The translations under genes and the position numbers were made by a program. Shown piece after piece: positions 48,991-61,749 of a stretch of 64,000 nt of DNA. A model generated the notes under the pieces. That model made no database searches. It saw nothing but the letters and a program-made list of their open reading frames with translations, and had not been told where the DNA came from. Positions within the stretch are counted from its first letter, which is position 1, and every line of letters starts with the position of its first letter. Source of the DNA: Haplodiscus bocki (taxonomy: Eukaryota); assembly GCA_965655095.1 (NCBI GenBank), contig OZ296649.1, forward strand, positions 38,192,001 to 38,256,000, written 5' to 3'.

Positions 48991-50899
48991 AGTAAAAATC
49001 AAGTTTTTTTCATTAAAAAATAATTTTTCCAAAGTGTCCTTCTGGATACGTCAAATGGTTCCGACATCCCTGACGAAAATTTTTCAACAGAGGTCCGACA
49101 TATTTTCGAATAGAATTCGAAAAAAATGAAAAACCTTTCAGAAAAATCACCCAACAGTTTCCTCTGGACAAGTAGGAATCTTAAAGATTGTGTTGACAAG
49201 CCTATTTATTAGATTGTCTTTTTCCCACTCACTGACTGTGATTTCAGATAATTTGAGCTAGGTATTTGACATTTTTCACCACAATCAAATGTCCCTCGCT
49301 GTCTTGATTAGTTGGTGAAGAGTGTTGTTGGTAGTTTAGAAGCAGCCAGCTGTCTGTAAAAAACGTGTTTCAGCCAACGACCAGAGCGACACCCATCACT
49401 TCGATATCTCACCTATCATGATCTATCCATCAACCCGGATGTGACCAACAGGTTAGCCAATCAACAAATTATCCTAGAAAAAATAAAGGCATGCAAGAAT
49501 CGCCTAACCACCTGGAAGGACGTTTTCAGCAATCGAAACAGAAACTACAGCTTAAACAAAATACAGAAGTGTTGATTGCAACTTCATCGAACGTTGATGA
49601 CGCTTCTGTTAGCGTTATGGAATGTGACAACTGCTGGGGGCCCTAGTGTGAGATGCATCGATTTCCCACAGATCGTGTAAACTTACATTACGAAACCCTC
49701 TTTTGATTGGCATTGTGGAGCTTGCTCATCAATAATAAATTTGTAGTGGAAAATTTTTTTATAAATCAAAAAAGACTAAAATAAACACAAACAGACCATG
49801 AGCAAGAAAATGAAAAGACAGTCATCATTAACAGCAATTGAATTTATCAAAAATATTATCCAGGTTTTTCGCTCATTAGAATAGACAAATTAACTTAAAA
49901 AACGGGTTTTATTTTCTTCTTCACTCTACTGAGGTGATTGAGAATTCAATACGATATTTGTTTTCAATATAATTCACTAATAATATTACACGAGTAAATT
50001 AAAAATTATCTGTTACCTTCTTGTTTGTCAGGGGCATTAAATATCTCTGTGCTTTTCGAAGACAGTACTTTGATTCTGATTTCATGACCAGATGGGAAAA
50101 GCAATCAATATTGTGTTTATTTTCACAGCATTGATTGAAAAGTATGAACTCCTGAAAGTAAAAAAAAACAAAGAAATGGAAAGAATGTTTAGTGAAACCG
50201 AACGTTCTGTATATTTACTTTAACAGCACAAGCATTTTGTGATTCATGACTGAAACTTCTCTAATTGCATATAATTGATAACATTTAGAGATATTGCAAT
50301 TGATCCGGTTAATTGGCCAGGACGTATGTAAAGTAGATAAAAGCAATATTTAATTGTGCAATGAACATAGTTTGGGGAACAGCGTTAAATGGAGATCCAC
50401 TTTTCGTGCGCGTTTTTGATTCTCTCATTCAAAAGCATTGTCTATTTCGATGAAGACTCATATTTGTTCGACGGCTTCATGTGTAATGGAGTTATCTTCA
50501 CTAAAAACAATGCATACTGTCACAATCTTAGCTTCAATGGACTTGGGCAATTCTCACATTTTTGTTTTCGTTAAAGTAAATTTCATTTTAGTTTCATCAC
50601 ACCATTGATGTAAATTGTGCAAGTCAGTTCCAATAAAATCGAATTGTGACTGCATAACTTCGTGTGATCTGCATAAATGAAAACTTATTGCAAGGAAGTT
50701 TGTTAATGAAAAGAATTTTAAAAAGGACCTAGTTTAAGGCCTTGAAGCACTCCACTTGAATTAAGGCTTTCGATTGAGCGAGCATTTTTTATATTAACGA
50801 GTTCCTTTCGATTAGTTTGGTAAGGAGAAATTACTCGTAATAACTTTTCAACAAAACCGTGAGGTGCGAGCTTGTTATATAAAACATTTTAAAGAACAC

Positions 50900-52950
50900 A
50901 GTCATATTTTTTAGAAAAATCTAAGAGCGCGACATATGAAAATCTAGCAAAATCAAGGCTGCCGAATATAAGATTTTATAAATCTAGGAACTCCTTGGCT
51001 GTTGATTTACGCTTCACGGATCAGTGTTCCTCCCTATGAAAATAAAGTTATTTGAATGTATTTGATCGGCGAAAAAGAAGCGGCTCTAAAAAAACAGAAA
51101 CTTTTGATTGGTTTGCCTTTCGCCGGTAACAGATGATGTTCCATTTATCTCATGATTTAAAAAAGGACTGAAGTTCCACAAGTTTGTATTCTTCAGGATA
51201 AGACTCTCTAATGAATGCAAGTTAACTCAAAGTGTTGAAGTGAAAGCGCAAGACATTTGATAGTTGAAAGACAATTGAAAGTTTATACCGTCGGCAGCAA
51301 TTCCGTTGTAACATTGTCTAAAGCTTTCAGTCACTTCATCAGTTGAGAATAATATAAATTTCAAGGTTCTGTTTTCGAACGTAATGCAATTTTCACCAAA
51401 TGAACTGAATTCCTCTGATTAAAATGCATTAACGGACTTCGTTTTATCAAAGGCAGTTTCTTGGTACAATATATCATCAAAGTACACGGAGAAACAAAAA
51501 TCTGGAGTCGATTGAACAGTGCGAATTAAGGAATAACAATCATTGGTGGAAACATTTATGAAAGTAAAGTTTTCCAGGAAGCAGGCGTATCAAGGTCGTT
51601 TCAGTCTAAAAAATGTCTCTTTAAAACAACGTGAACGAGCACTAGGAACACCGTTGGCGTGGACTGATCTTGATGCAGCAGAAGATTTGTTTGTGACGAA
51701 AGGAAAAATAGGTATGATTTTCTTTTCTCGGGAGTCAGGGGAGCATGGTGAACATTTGTGTCCTTTTTCGAATCAAGGAAGGACGAAGAGTACTCGGGAC
51801 ATCAAATAAACCAAAAAAGTGAATGCAAACGGAAATTAAAAGAAAGACTTTCGAAGTCTGTTCCATTTACACTGAGTTGTTCAGTTGGTTGATGATAAGG
51901 CGAGTTTCAGCAGGGAACCATTACATAATTTTTTTGATTTATTATGGGAATTTTGAGTCAAAAGGTCTTGTTTTGTCTCTTTTTCATCACGATTTTACAA
52001 GTTCTGGTCAAACAGTTGGAAATATGTTTTGCATGGATTACATTTGTTTGTTTTTTCACCTTTTTGATTTGGTTCCAGCACACTTTGTACATTTAGATTC
52101 CGTTCTCTTTTGTTTTTTCTTACATCGTTCACAAGGTCTGCGTTTTCTCCTCGACCCAGTACGTTGCGTCGGTAGTTACAAGAAGAAGCACGATGCCTGA
52201 ATCTGCCAATTTTAGGTTGTTAAGGTGTTTCATGACGTCTCCAACCTGTTTCTCGTTGTCGAGTTGTAACAATTTGGTTCATCACTTAGCCTACAGTCGC
52301 TTCAATTTTGTTCCCAAGCCTACTCCAGTTCTGAATTTTCATAGAGATAAAATGGACTGCCTCGGAAAGGATTCCAAGGCTCTAATGCCATCCGAAAGAC
52401 TTTATGAGCAGCCAAAGTACATGCATTCAGGAACTGTGTGGATGATGAAGTTTTTTTGTGTTTCATTTCGTCCTCTTGCATTTCCTAATGTTTAATTTCA
52501 GCATCCATAAGCATCTCTGTCAGTGGTGTACCAACAGGTGCTACCGTTTCCAATGCCTTCGATTGCAGTTTATGAGTTGTTCATTTTCGCTCATATCTGT
52601 TTTCCAGTCAACCGTCCATGAAGATCTAGATGTCGTCCATCAATGATTTCACAAATTTCATTAATCGGCAAGGGTCCTTTCTGATAAATTCCATTTCCTT
52701 CTTCCCTGTTCAGCAACTCCACTAGTGCTTTTTCGTCTGCGGAGTTCCCTCACTGAAATTGTTTTGCTCCACTAAGCCTATTTCTTGTGATACACCTATT
52801 CTATTGTTAAGACATGCTCAAAAGACTAACTCAGGGAAACGAAGAGACATCCAAAAAATCAGCGGGGAAATGGAAAACATGCAAAAAAGCAGTGAAAGAC
52901 AACGTTTGTGGACTACCATGTAAAGCTTGTCGGAATTGTTTTTTTTGACC
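50900..52950 (-). mobile_element. Decayed LINE 5' portion (ORF1 and APE)
   Basis: Traces K.NFIIHTVPE...RLG...VMKHLNNLK at 52460-52210, then faint APE motifs. Confidence 0.45.
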
Positions 52951-52959
52951 AATTTGTAT

Positions 52960-55310
52960 CGCTTACAGCCGGCGATGTTAATTGGCGTGGAACGAAAAAG
53001 AACTGTTTGTGGCTATGTGATGACTTCTGTACTAATAACTCCATCCTTCTTGAAGCTGAGTAACCCTTGCATTTTTCATCACAGCCTAATTAACAGGAAG
53101 TTGTGTCAAAACAATTTCTTTCATTGAATCAGACATTGATTTACGAAAAAGATAGCTCTGTTTCCATAATAGTGAGAAAGAAAAACTCAGCAAAAAGGTG
53201 GAAAAAACTGGAAAATTACTAATGCAGACTCTAATAAAGGTTGTCCCTGTCAATTGAAACAACGAATTGGACGAAAAAATTATAAAGCCATCGTTGTCCG
53301 TTTCAATGATATTCAAAAGTACTGATCGTCCTTCACAAGATCTAGACAACTTGAAAAACGTTCGATCACTTCTTCCATCTTTTGGTTCCAATTTCCAAAC
53401 AAAAAAATGCTGTCGTACAAATAAAGGGTGCACGAGAAATGGGGAAAATTCTAATTATTTTTGTTTCCAGCTCTGATTCGCGCATTACCGTTTTTGAAGC
53501 TTTTTACGTTTTTGGTTACGGTTAAGTAGCTTTCGTTTCAGTGTCAAAATTTGTCAATGGCTCTTTCTGCAATAACTATTCGAGAACGATTCGTTTTAGG
53601 TTGTTTTTTTTCGTTTTGATGTCTTGCAGAATAGAAACCTACATTAAAAATCCCCATTGTATTCAGAAACATAGGAACACCATAGTCAATGATGTTTTTT
53701 GTTTGGCTGTTTTCATAGAACACAGAACTTGTCGATAGATCTTTAATCAACAGAAACAAGGAAGTCGAGCTAATTCCAGCAGTTTTGATCATTATTCTCT
53801 TTTCTATTATTGAGTGTGAAAAGATAGACCTGGAAAATTACATTTTCAATCCATTCTGAAAGGTTTAAACAGGAAGGCTCCTTTAATTCACCAGGTTGTT
53901 TCTCGGTCACGAAGTTTTTCAATAAAATTTTAACAAGACAAACCTCAAGATGGCAATTCACAGACCTTTCGAAGGTTTTGTGTAAAATTAGTCCAATATG
54001 TTAAAAGCAACGGTTGAAAGTTTGGCCAATTAGGCATTGCTGCAATAAGTCATTTCAGGAAAAAACCACTTTTCTCCCGTTGCCAACAATGTTTCATTAG
54101 CCGATCTTTTTTCCTCTTCCAGTAAAAAGTTACAATCGCATTTTTTAGAGAAAATTGAGTAGTGCAGTCTGGGTTTACGCCAAATCTGTGGAGCATAGAA
54201 GTCGCATTAACAAAACGGCGCAATTTTTTTAATGGAAAGCTCTTGCCTCGAGCCTGGCTTTGATTCCTTTGTGCCTATGTTTTTTCCTCCGCTACCTGAC
54301 AGGCCTTAAATGCAAAAATTGCTATTTTTATTTAGATCTAAGTTTTTTAAAGAAAAAAAAAGAACCATTCAGAAAAAGACGAAACGTTGTCTTTGCGTCA
54401 GATAACTGATTTTCCGAAATTACCAGAAATAGATGTGACTTTCGACATCGCCTTTTTCTGAAATTTTCGTTCCACCAAAGCTACTGGCCTCACTTCTTCC
54501 ATCATTGTTTTCTTACTTTTTGTACAAGCGTATCCCAATTAAAACTACTGAAATTTTGCACAATCAACGGATTTTTCATGTTGGGTGGAAAATACCGAAA
54601 ATTTTACTTTTGTGCATACTCCGTCGATTTTCAAGCTCACATCTTGCTGGAGTTCTTCATCGATTGAACACTGGCTGTGAAAGTACAAAAAAGATTTCAT
54701 GACGTTTCAAAAAAATTGGTAAAACAATAAAAGGTTGGTTTGAAGCCTCCCTACACAAACTTAGTCGAAAAGCACCATGTTCCATTGATAATTGCTTTCC
54801 GCTCTGTTGGAACAGATCGCAGTACTGGTGCACTTTTTTTTTCAATTTTCAGCTCAGCTTTTTCTTATGGTTGGAGAATTAACCCTCAATTTGTTGCCTT
54901 TTTACGCTATTTTGCCGATTGTCCAGGCTGTATGGACAGATTCTGAATGTGAAAAGTTTTTATCTCCCAATTATTGCAGTGTTGCAGTAGGTTGAGAAAA
55001 AAGTAGCAAGAGTTTCCAAGCATGTACGAAAATCAAATTTTCTGAAAAAAATGAGGGATTTCAAGAGAAAAATTTGAGTTTTCCAAAAAAAAGTAAAGGT
55101 CCAAATTTGCGGCCGAATGCGCATCCAAGGAGATTTTTCGATCAGTATCTTTTCTACTGTACTTGTGAATTTTTGCGCATAATATTGCAAGACTTTCAGT
55201 AATGGAAAAAAGGTAAAAAAAAATGAAAGGTACCATGGAAAAAATTCGTTTTCACTTCACCTCAAACAGAATTGAAGGGGATAAATGTTCCTGTGGTAGC
55301 TGGCCGGCGT
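52960..55310 (-). mobile_element. Possible decayed hAT-like transposase remnant
   Basis: SDRTFFKL...LLNIIETD resembles the hAT dimerization motif ERSFSKL...LL.IE.D, with a C.H.L-like trace at ~53960. TIRs are not convincing. Confidence 0.3.
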
Positions 55311-56149
55311 GGTTTTAAACAACTTCAGTTTTCTTGACAAGGTGTACTTTATTGGAGCCAGTTCATTGACTATGATATTGAAATGCATGAAGTACGAGCT
55401 CAACTCAAAAACTCAGAAGTGTTTTTTTAAGTCAAGAGTGTCCTTGAACCCCAATGGCAGTTTCCTCCGAACAACATTTAATACCATTTCTACAGGAGAG
55501 GTGTACTTCAATTCCGAAAAAAAAGATTGACGCATCAAACGATGCTATCAAGAACTCCCAGACAAAAATTTTAAGCAACTTTTGCCCGACGACACAAATA
55601 GAACGGCTGGCAAAAGATCAGCTGGTAAACGAGCTCTGGAATCTTCAGTCCCAACAACAGATCAGCGCCCGTCTCTCAGCACGTCGACATTGAAACCAAA
55701 AAATCTTTTTCCAGTTGACAATATCTGGAACTGTTACACGTAAATTAGCGAAGAACCTCGTCTGCGATCGAAAGCAACAATATGTCCTGCTAGGATAACT
55801 CCACCCAGACTTTAAAAATGAACTCCAATTGTTCCCGCCTATCAGGATCAACAAAAAACTCTGCAAACTTGTTTTCCAGAGGTGATCGAGAACAAACAAG
55901 TATCGGAGACATCAGCAGACGATTGAACCGGGAGCAATCAAGTCAAAATTAACAAGAAGAATCTATTTAACTGTTTCCCGTGCCTCCTTTATCTTAACCA
56001 ATTTCTCAGAGATGTTTGTTACCCTTGGAGGGCGATTAAGTTACTCTTTATCTGTCTGTCAAATGGCTCACCTGCATCTGCGTGTCATGATATTTTGTTT
56101 GTGTTGAAACAAATTTGAAACCTATATGCTTCACAACGTGCAGGGCCTG

Positions 56150-57825
56150 CAAGAACGAAATCAGAAATCAAAAAAATTTTCTATCTGTATCGTCTGTCAT
56201 TACAGACAAATGATGACGTCCTATTGCTCAGGACTCTCTTAGATGGTTATCTTTGGAATCAAAGAAAAATAGCCGATTGGCTTGACCAAAAAGGATTTGC
56301 TGTTGGACAGCTGCTCAGAAAGAGACAAGAAACGATCGCTGATTCTGGAATTACGGCCACAATGGAAACTAATAATGACTTCAACGATGAAGTCATTAAA
56401 ATAAAGGCCATAATCAAAAAAATCAAAGAAGTTTTTTTACAGTAAAAAGCAAAACAATGATGCGGTCAACACGCAAAGCAATTCCCTCTACCAAGAGACC
56501 AACTTTTAAAAGAATACGAGCAGCACCAAATGCCCAAACTGATTTTGCGAGAGACAGCCGCGAAGAAACTTACGCAAATGTGGAATCCAACCACAGTTTC
56601 TTAGATATAAATAGTCCAACAGAGTTGTGAAATCCTGTTGGCAACTTCAGAGAAGTTAGAAAATGCAAACTCAGGGGTCAATTTTACCATTGAACGTCAA
56701 GATTTTAAATTAGTACGCTCGGTTAGGAGACTTGGTCAATACGAAGAAAACATATAGATCATCCAAAGTTTGAGCTCAGAAGAGCAAGTACTTGAAAACG
56801 CCGCACTGAAACAATGCACATCACCGCTATACGACAGCTTCGACCAAAGATGGTTGAAGATCAGAAAACATCTATTGGAAAGGAAACAAAACGACTGTTG
56901 TCAAACTAATGCAATCCCGGAAAGACGGTACTGCAACTGCCTACGGAGTTCCACCAATTTTCCATTCTTCAATGTACAAGGTTTTGCGTGACCTTAAACA
57001 ACGCCAATCTTCTTCAAATTACATTGCTCGAACAGACTATGACATCCATTGTCTCTGCAAAATATGGCCATTTAGTGAATTACGTGAACTTGAACTACTT
57101 CTAATATTATACAGAACCCACAAAAAGTATCGAGCCAGTACCAGCACAAACAATACGCACGGAGGTGTCTTCCTTACCGTTTGGTGTGTCTGTCACGACA
57201 GAATTGCTCTGCAGGGCAACACAAATAATGTCTTGGTTGAGCTCAGAACGACGAAAAACCGAACTTTCAATCTGTGTTGGGTCTACAGCCAGAAAAGTGC
57301 TAATCTTTAAAAATAAATTCAATCCCAAAGTAAAGCACTACCAAACGAAGTTACGGAAATGAACGCAAGGAAAGATTTCGTGCTAGTTTCTAATCGTGAC
57401 CTAAATTGACAAACACTGATTGGAGAAGATGACTTGAAAAGATGAGGCATTTGAAACACAAAGACTCAAAAAACTTGAAAACTGACATTTCAACAAATTG
57501 TGCCCAGTGTAACTGTTCGATACTTAGACGTCTTTTTGACGAGAGAACGACAAAAACATTCTCTTGCCAAAGTTGGTTCACCTAGAGAGTACAGAAACTC
57601 GGGTATAACAAGAAATCTCAAAATCACAAAGCTTTCCCAGCCGTTCTAGATCATGAGAGGACCGAGGTGATACCTCACAGTACTCTAGAAGTATTGACAA
57701 TGGTACCAATGTATCGGAAAGCTATTAGACCCACAAACACCGAAGCTACCGCAACACCAATCCGAATCATCACACTTGATCAGTCGTCGTGCATTTTCTC
57801 ACAAAATCAAATGCTCATGGACAAT

Positions 57826-57874
<49 letters not shown>

Positions 57875-59500
57875 AAGAGAGACAGAGAGGGAGAGAGAGA
57901 CAGAGAGAAGAGAACAAAAGCTTTCCAAATCGATCAAAGTGAAAGATGTAGATTAAAAACTTGAATGAGTCAATGAAAACGACTTGCACCTTTTGAAAAA
58001 AGACTTTTCGAGAAAAACAAAAAAATTTAACGTCCTTTCACCAAAAAAAACATTTACCGGATGAGGTGTGTTTTCAGTACAAAATAAAAGACTATAGAAA
58101 AACCACAAGGAGACAGCCAACACTGAAAAAAAGCACACAGTTTTCTAGGTTAAAAAAAATAACATAGAACTGGTCGCACAGGTGGGCAAACCATAATGTG
58201 CCGTAAAATAGTTAAAGAAGAAGTCTTTAGTTTTCTGTAGAGGGCTGACCAAAACGATGCCTGTGGACAAGACAAAAGTGGCAATTTCTCATTGAGAAAC
58301 TTGGCTCCACTATCCAAGTCGTTTATATTAGTTTTTCGGACCGGCATTGTTAAAAGTTCTTATCCGGACAACTGGACGCTAAGCGACGTCTCACCGGTTC
58401 AAGAACAAAACGAAAGTGCGATTATCTGCCATCATAGATCCATCAGTCTTTTTCCAAAAATTTCTGAAATTTTTAAGCGGGTCCACTTCGACAACCGGCA
58501 GACAATAATTTAGAGGAACAGCCTCGTTTTGCCTTGACTGGCTTTAAGCCAATTGGATCTGTTTTTTACAGATGCGCTGCTTGCCAAATGAAATTTCTGA
58601 ACAGCTTGACAAAAAGAAAAATTCCGAATTGACGATTTTGTACACCGATTTTGAAAAAAAACTTTTGACAAAACGCCACTAAAAATATTGCGGACAAACT
58701 GGATCATATGGCGTTTTGGGTGTTGATGCGAAAGGTAATAGTTCCCATCTACTTACCCAACTAGACAGAAAAAAGCTCGGCCGATAGTTTAGACAGATCC
58801 TAGTCAACTCCTGATACAAGTAGAAATCCTTAGTGCTCAATCTTGGGTTTTCATGTTTTCGTTCGATAAGTGAACGACCTGCCTGAAGTGAGTCAAATGG
58901 ATGTGCCCCGGCTAGGCTGAATACATTGATTTTTCTATATTTAACTTCAGAATAGCAGAAAGTCAACTAATCAGCGTTCACGACGGGAGCGACGAATGTC
59001 GAAGAAAACCCAGTATTAAAAGGTTCTGTTTTCTACAAATGAAGGGAGATCTGAACGTCCAGGCAAGCAGAGTAAACATCTTTTTTCAAAAGAACTTCTG
59101 AGTCATTTCTCGAAAAACTTCCACGGTCTCAAAATGTGTAACATCCAGGAGAGGAAGCCCGGAGAGCAATCTACTTCAAAAAAGAGATTATATTGCCAAT
59201 CTCGAACATAGGAACAAAACTAAATGCGTACATGGTAAAGGTGGCTCCTGTGATTGGGTAGGCATCGCAGGGGTGGTGTCCATCGAACATGGATCTCGAA
59301 TTCATTGAACGTGAACATTTGGGCGCTACTAGGGGAACCATTGTTGTCCGGCCTGGACAACAGAGAACAACTCAGCGCTTCTCAAATGGGGCTCCTGTCG
59401 CTGTACCTTGAGCCCCATGATGTCTTGTTTCTCCGATAAGTGCAAAAAACAAAGTATTCTGTTGAAAAACAAGTCTCTTGCCAACAATGAAATTGCCTGC
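56150..59500 (+). mobile_element. Decayed CR1-group LINE (ORF1, APE, RT), 3' end displaced to 61105-61560
   Basis: VRRLGQYE (ORF1); YDIHCL..W and HGGVFL (APE); WYQCIGKLLDPQTPK linker; YPDNW..V.P...RSISLFPKISEIF and FDKTP (RT). Confidence 0.75.
57829..57912. repeat. (GA)n microsatellite, ~22 perfect units plus degenerate tail
   Basis: Directly visible; lies inside the LINE ORF2 linker. Confidence 0.97.
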
Positions 59501-59888
59501 TGTGAGGATTTGTTTCTGCCCCTGGGATGGGGGAAGAAAACTCCACTTCAGGCCCAGGATCGTCTGAGGGACGATCCTGATTGGTTCCCTGGTTTTCTAG
59601 ATTGTTGCTCCTAGAGACTCCTGGGGCAACTACGGAGCAAGTCCGAACTTGTGGGTTCAAGAGAAACTCGTCAAGTTTCGACAAGGCTCCCAAGATCCGT
59701 GATTCTGTTTTACTGAATTCTTTTGAGAGTTTTTTAGTAACTCTACCCTCAATCTCTTCGGAGACTTGAGAGATGTAATCCTGAGTTAATTCTGGGTCTA
59801 GAATGTTCGGTGCTCTCCCGCTTCTAGTACTTTCGGGTGTTTCTCTTGAAACTGCTGCTAACTTTCTTTTATTTCTCAATGTTGCCAT
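59501..59888 (-). pseudogene. Truncated gag-like ORF (MATLRNKRKLAAV...)
   Basis: DYISQVSEEIEGRVTKKLSKEFS.TE.RILGAL..LDEFL.NP is conserved with the ORF at 63678. Beyond ~59501 the ORF reads into antisense LINE sequence. The gag assignment is by position and recall of the family. Confidence 0.65.
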
Positions 59889-60052
59889 TTCGCTTGGGGA
59901 AAACCTTTTCAGCGGTCAAGACTGAATTTTCTATTTGTATGGTTAGTCAGATTATTATCCTCTTTTAATATGAGGGAGAAGTCTTTTCAATCCAATAGTC
60001 AAAGGTTAATAAATGTACAGTACGGTAAGGCGACAATTTAAATAATAATAAT

Positions 60053-61104
60053 TGTACTTTCATTTCTCCTATTTATACCTTTCCTTGGCGGGAAACATAA
60101 TTGTTTACACGCCAGATCAAGGTACAAATAGGGAAAAGTACTTTAATCATATTATATATCAAAGAAAAGATGCCGACTCTGGCGGGAAATAAACACCCTT
60201 CCATCCATTTCTTCCCTCACGGACCGCGTCCTTTCCATCTTTCAACAGAAAAGAGTACGGTCCGATCCGTCGGAAATGGACATCAAAGTGGTTATTCCCG
60301 CGCCGACACATAAATATTGTAATAAAGTAAAGATCAAAGCAATTTCCATAATTGGAGAATACTTAAAAATGCACTTGAAAATAAATGGAAATGTATGAAA
60401 TAAATATGTAGTAATACTGAAAATTTTCATGGTTACATGTTGCATCGGTTAAATTCATTTTCTGGGACAAACTAGGCGTAAATCCTAGCCCGTTCCATGT
60501 TTCTACTAGGCTACGGCTCACCTTGGCCGTGGTGGCACGTGGCGGCTACGTGCCGCTTGTAGCACTGCCTTCCGCAGTACTACTAAGGAGAAATGAATCC
60601 GGTGGCACGTAGACGACACGTGGCCGACCAAAGTTGCGCAGCCTAATAGCACATCTGATTGGTTAAGAATTCTAGTGACGTCACCAGATTAGTTACGACG
60701 GAACACATACGGAACAAATATTCACTTTTAAAGTCAAGCTCTAAAGTCAAGCTATTAAAACTTTCACAAACTTGAAGCTGTCAATCTAAATAGATTACAT
60801 ACTGCACTAGTCAATTTAGAAAGGTGGATTTATATAATAATAAATTTGATTAATTATATAAAATAGCACCTAATATAAATATAAAATACAATGAATATTC
60901 ATTTGCTCCGTATCTATTCCGTCCCAATAAGGATCAGTTCACCAGAATTCCACGTACAGGGTACGTGCTCTTTTCATGAATGGGATAGCGTTAGGTGGCA
61001 CGTAGTTGCTACGTGCCATCCACGTATACCATTCATGTTATTATGCACTAGTGGGGGTACGTAGTGTCTACGTACCCATATATATACATACGGTTAAAAA
61101 TACA
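60053..61104 (-). repeat. Putative 5' LTR (1052 bp), TGTA...TACA
   Basis: Homology with 63029-63517 starts at TGTATTTTT and ends at GAAATGAAA.TACA. Confidence 0.7.
60086..60304 (-). promoter_or_regulatory. Three E2F-type sites in LTR copy 1
   Basis: TGGCGGGAAA at 60086 and 60180; TTCCCGCGCC at 60295. All three are conserved in copy 2. Confidence 0.5.
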
Positions 61105-61560
61105 TTATTTATGAAGGAAAGTCATTAGTTTAAAAGTATATACGATCTCTTCAGAATCCTAGATTCTGTTTGATGGGCCTGGGGTGTCCTTTGCTGCTGG
61201 GATTATCTGCCCGCAGGCTTCGCAGGTGTGCTGCGACACCTGCAGATCTTGACATCCAGACAAGGAAACAATTTTCAAGTCCTACACACGCCACCCAAGA
61301 ACTCAGAAGAAACTTTCCGGATCACTTTGAAAAAACCGTTAAAAATCATCACAACAGTCGTTATACAAGAAAGCATAACTGAGAAAAATAGGTCTAATTC
61401 GTACAAAAACTTCCTATTGGATTGCTACAACGACATGGAAGCCGCAGTTGTGGAAGTTGCAATTCTCAAAAAAACTCGTGCTTTTGAAAACTAGATGGCT
61501 GAACAACAAATGAACAAATGCTGAAAGGATTTTTTAACTTTTACTTTAGTACATAAAAAT
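61105..61560 (+). mobile_element. 3' end of the LINE interrupted at 59500
   Basis: YD...ETFRITLKK...YKNFLL..Y traces typical of a CR1 ORF2 C-terminus. Confidence 0.5.
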
Positions 61561-61749
61561 CAATCGAGCCCCTCTTGCGGTAAACTTTTGTTCAAGGTTT
61601 GTAATTGTTGTACGATTTTTAAACAGATTTATTACTAGTTGCAACTTTACGCACAGTTAGGTATCTGATCTGCATGATATGTGGCCGCTGTGTACCAGCT
61701 CTTTACTTGGATAGTCATATCATTCTGAGAATTATGGAGTGAAAGTACG

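Larger units (their letters stand above)
59501..61104 (-). mobile_element. Truncated LTR-type element, copy 1 (LTR plus start of gag-like ORF)
   Basis: Homologous to 63029-64000 in the opposite orientation; interrupts the flanking LINE. Confidence 0.75.

Noticed and set aside
50458-57770. Two-exon 44-aa membrane microprotein (57770-57679 plus 50500-50458: MIRIGVAVASVFVGLIAF...EQI)
   Set aside because: The first 'exon' is the antisense of the LINE ORF2 linker (WYQCIGKLLDPQTPK..H.S...ISRR.SHKIK), correctly spaced between APE and RT. The hydrophobic frame is a shadow.
57667-57989. ER-repeat and LS-repeat ORFs
   Set aside because: Translations of the (GA)n microsatellite.
60530-61080. CRISPR-like array of palindromic repeats
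   Set aside because: Irregular spacing, variable repeats, eukaryotic LTR context and no cas genes.
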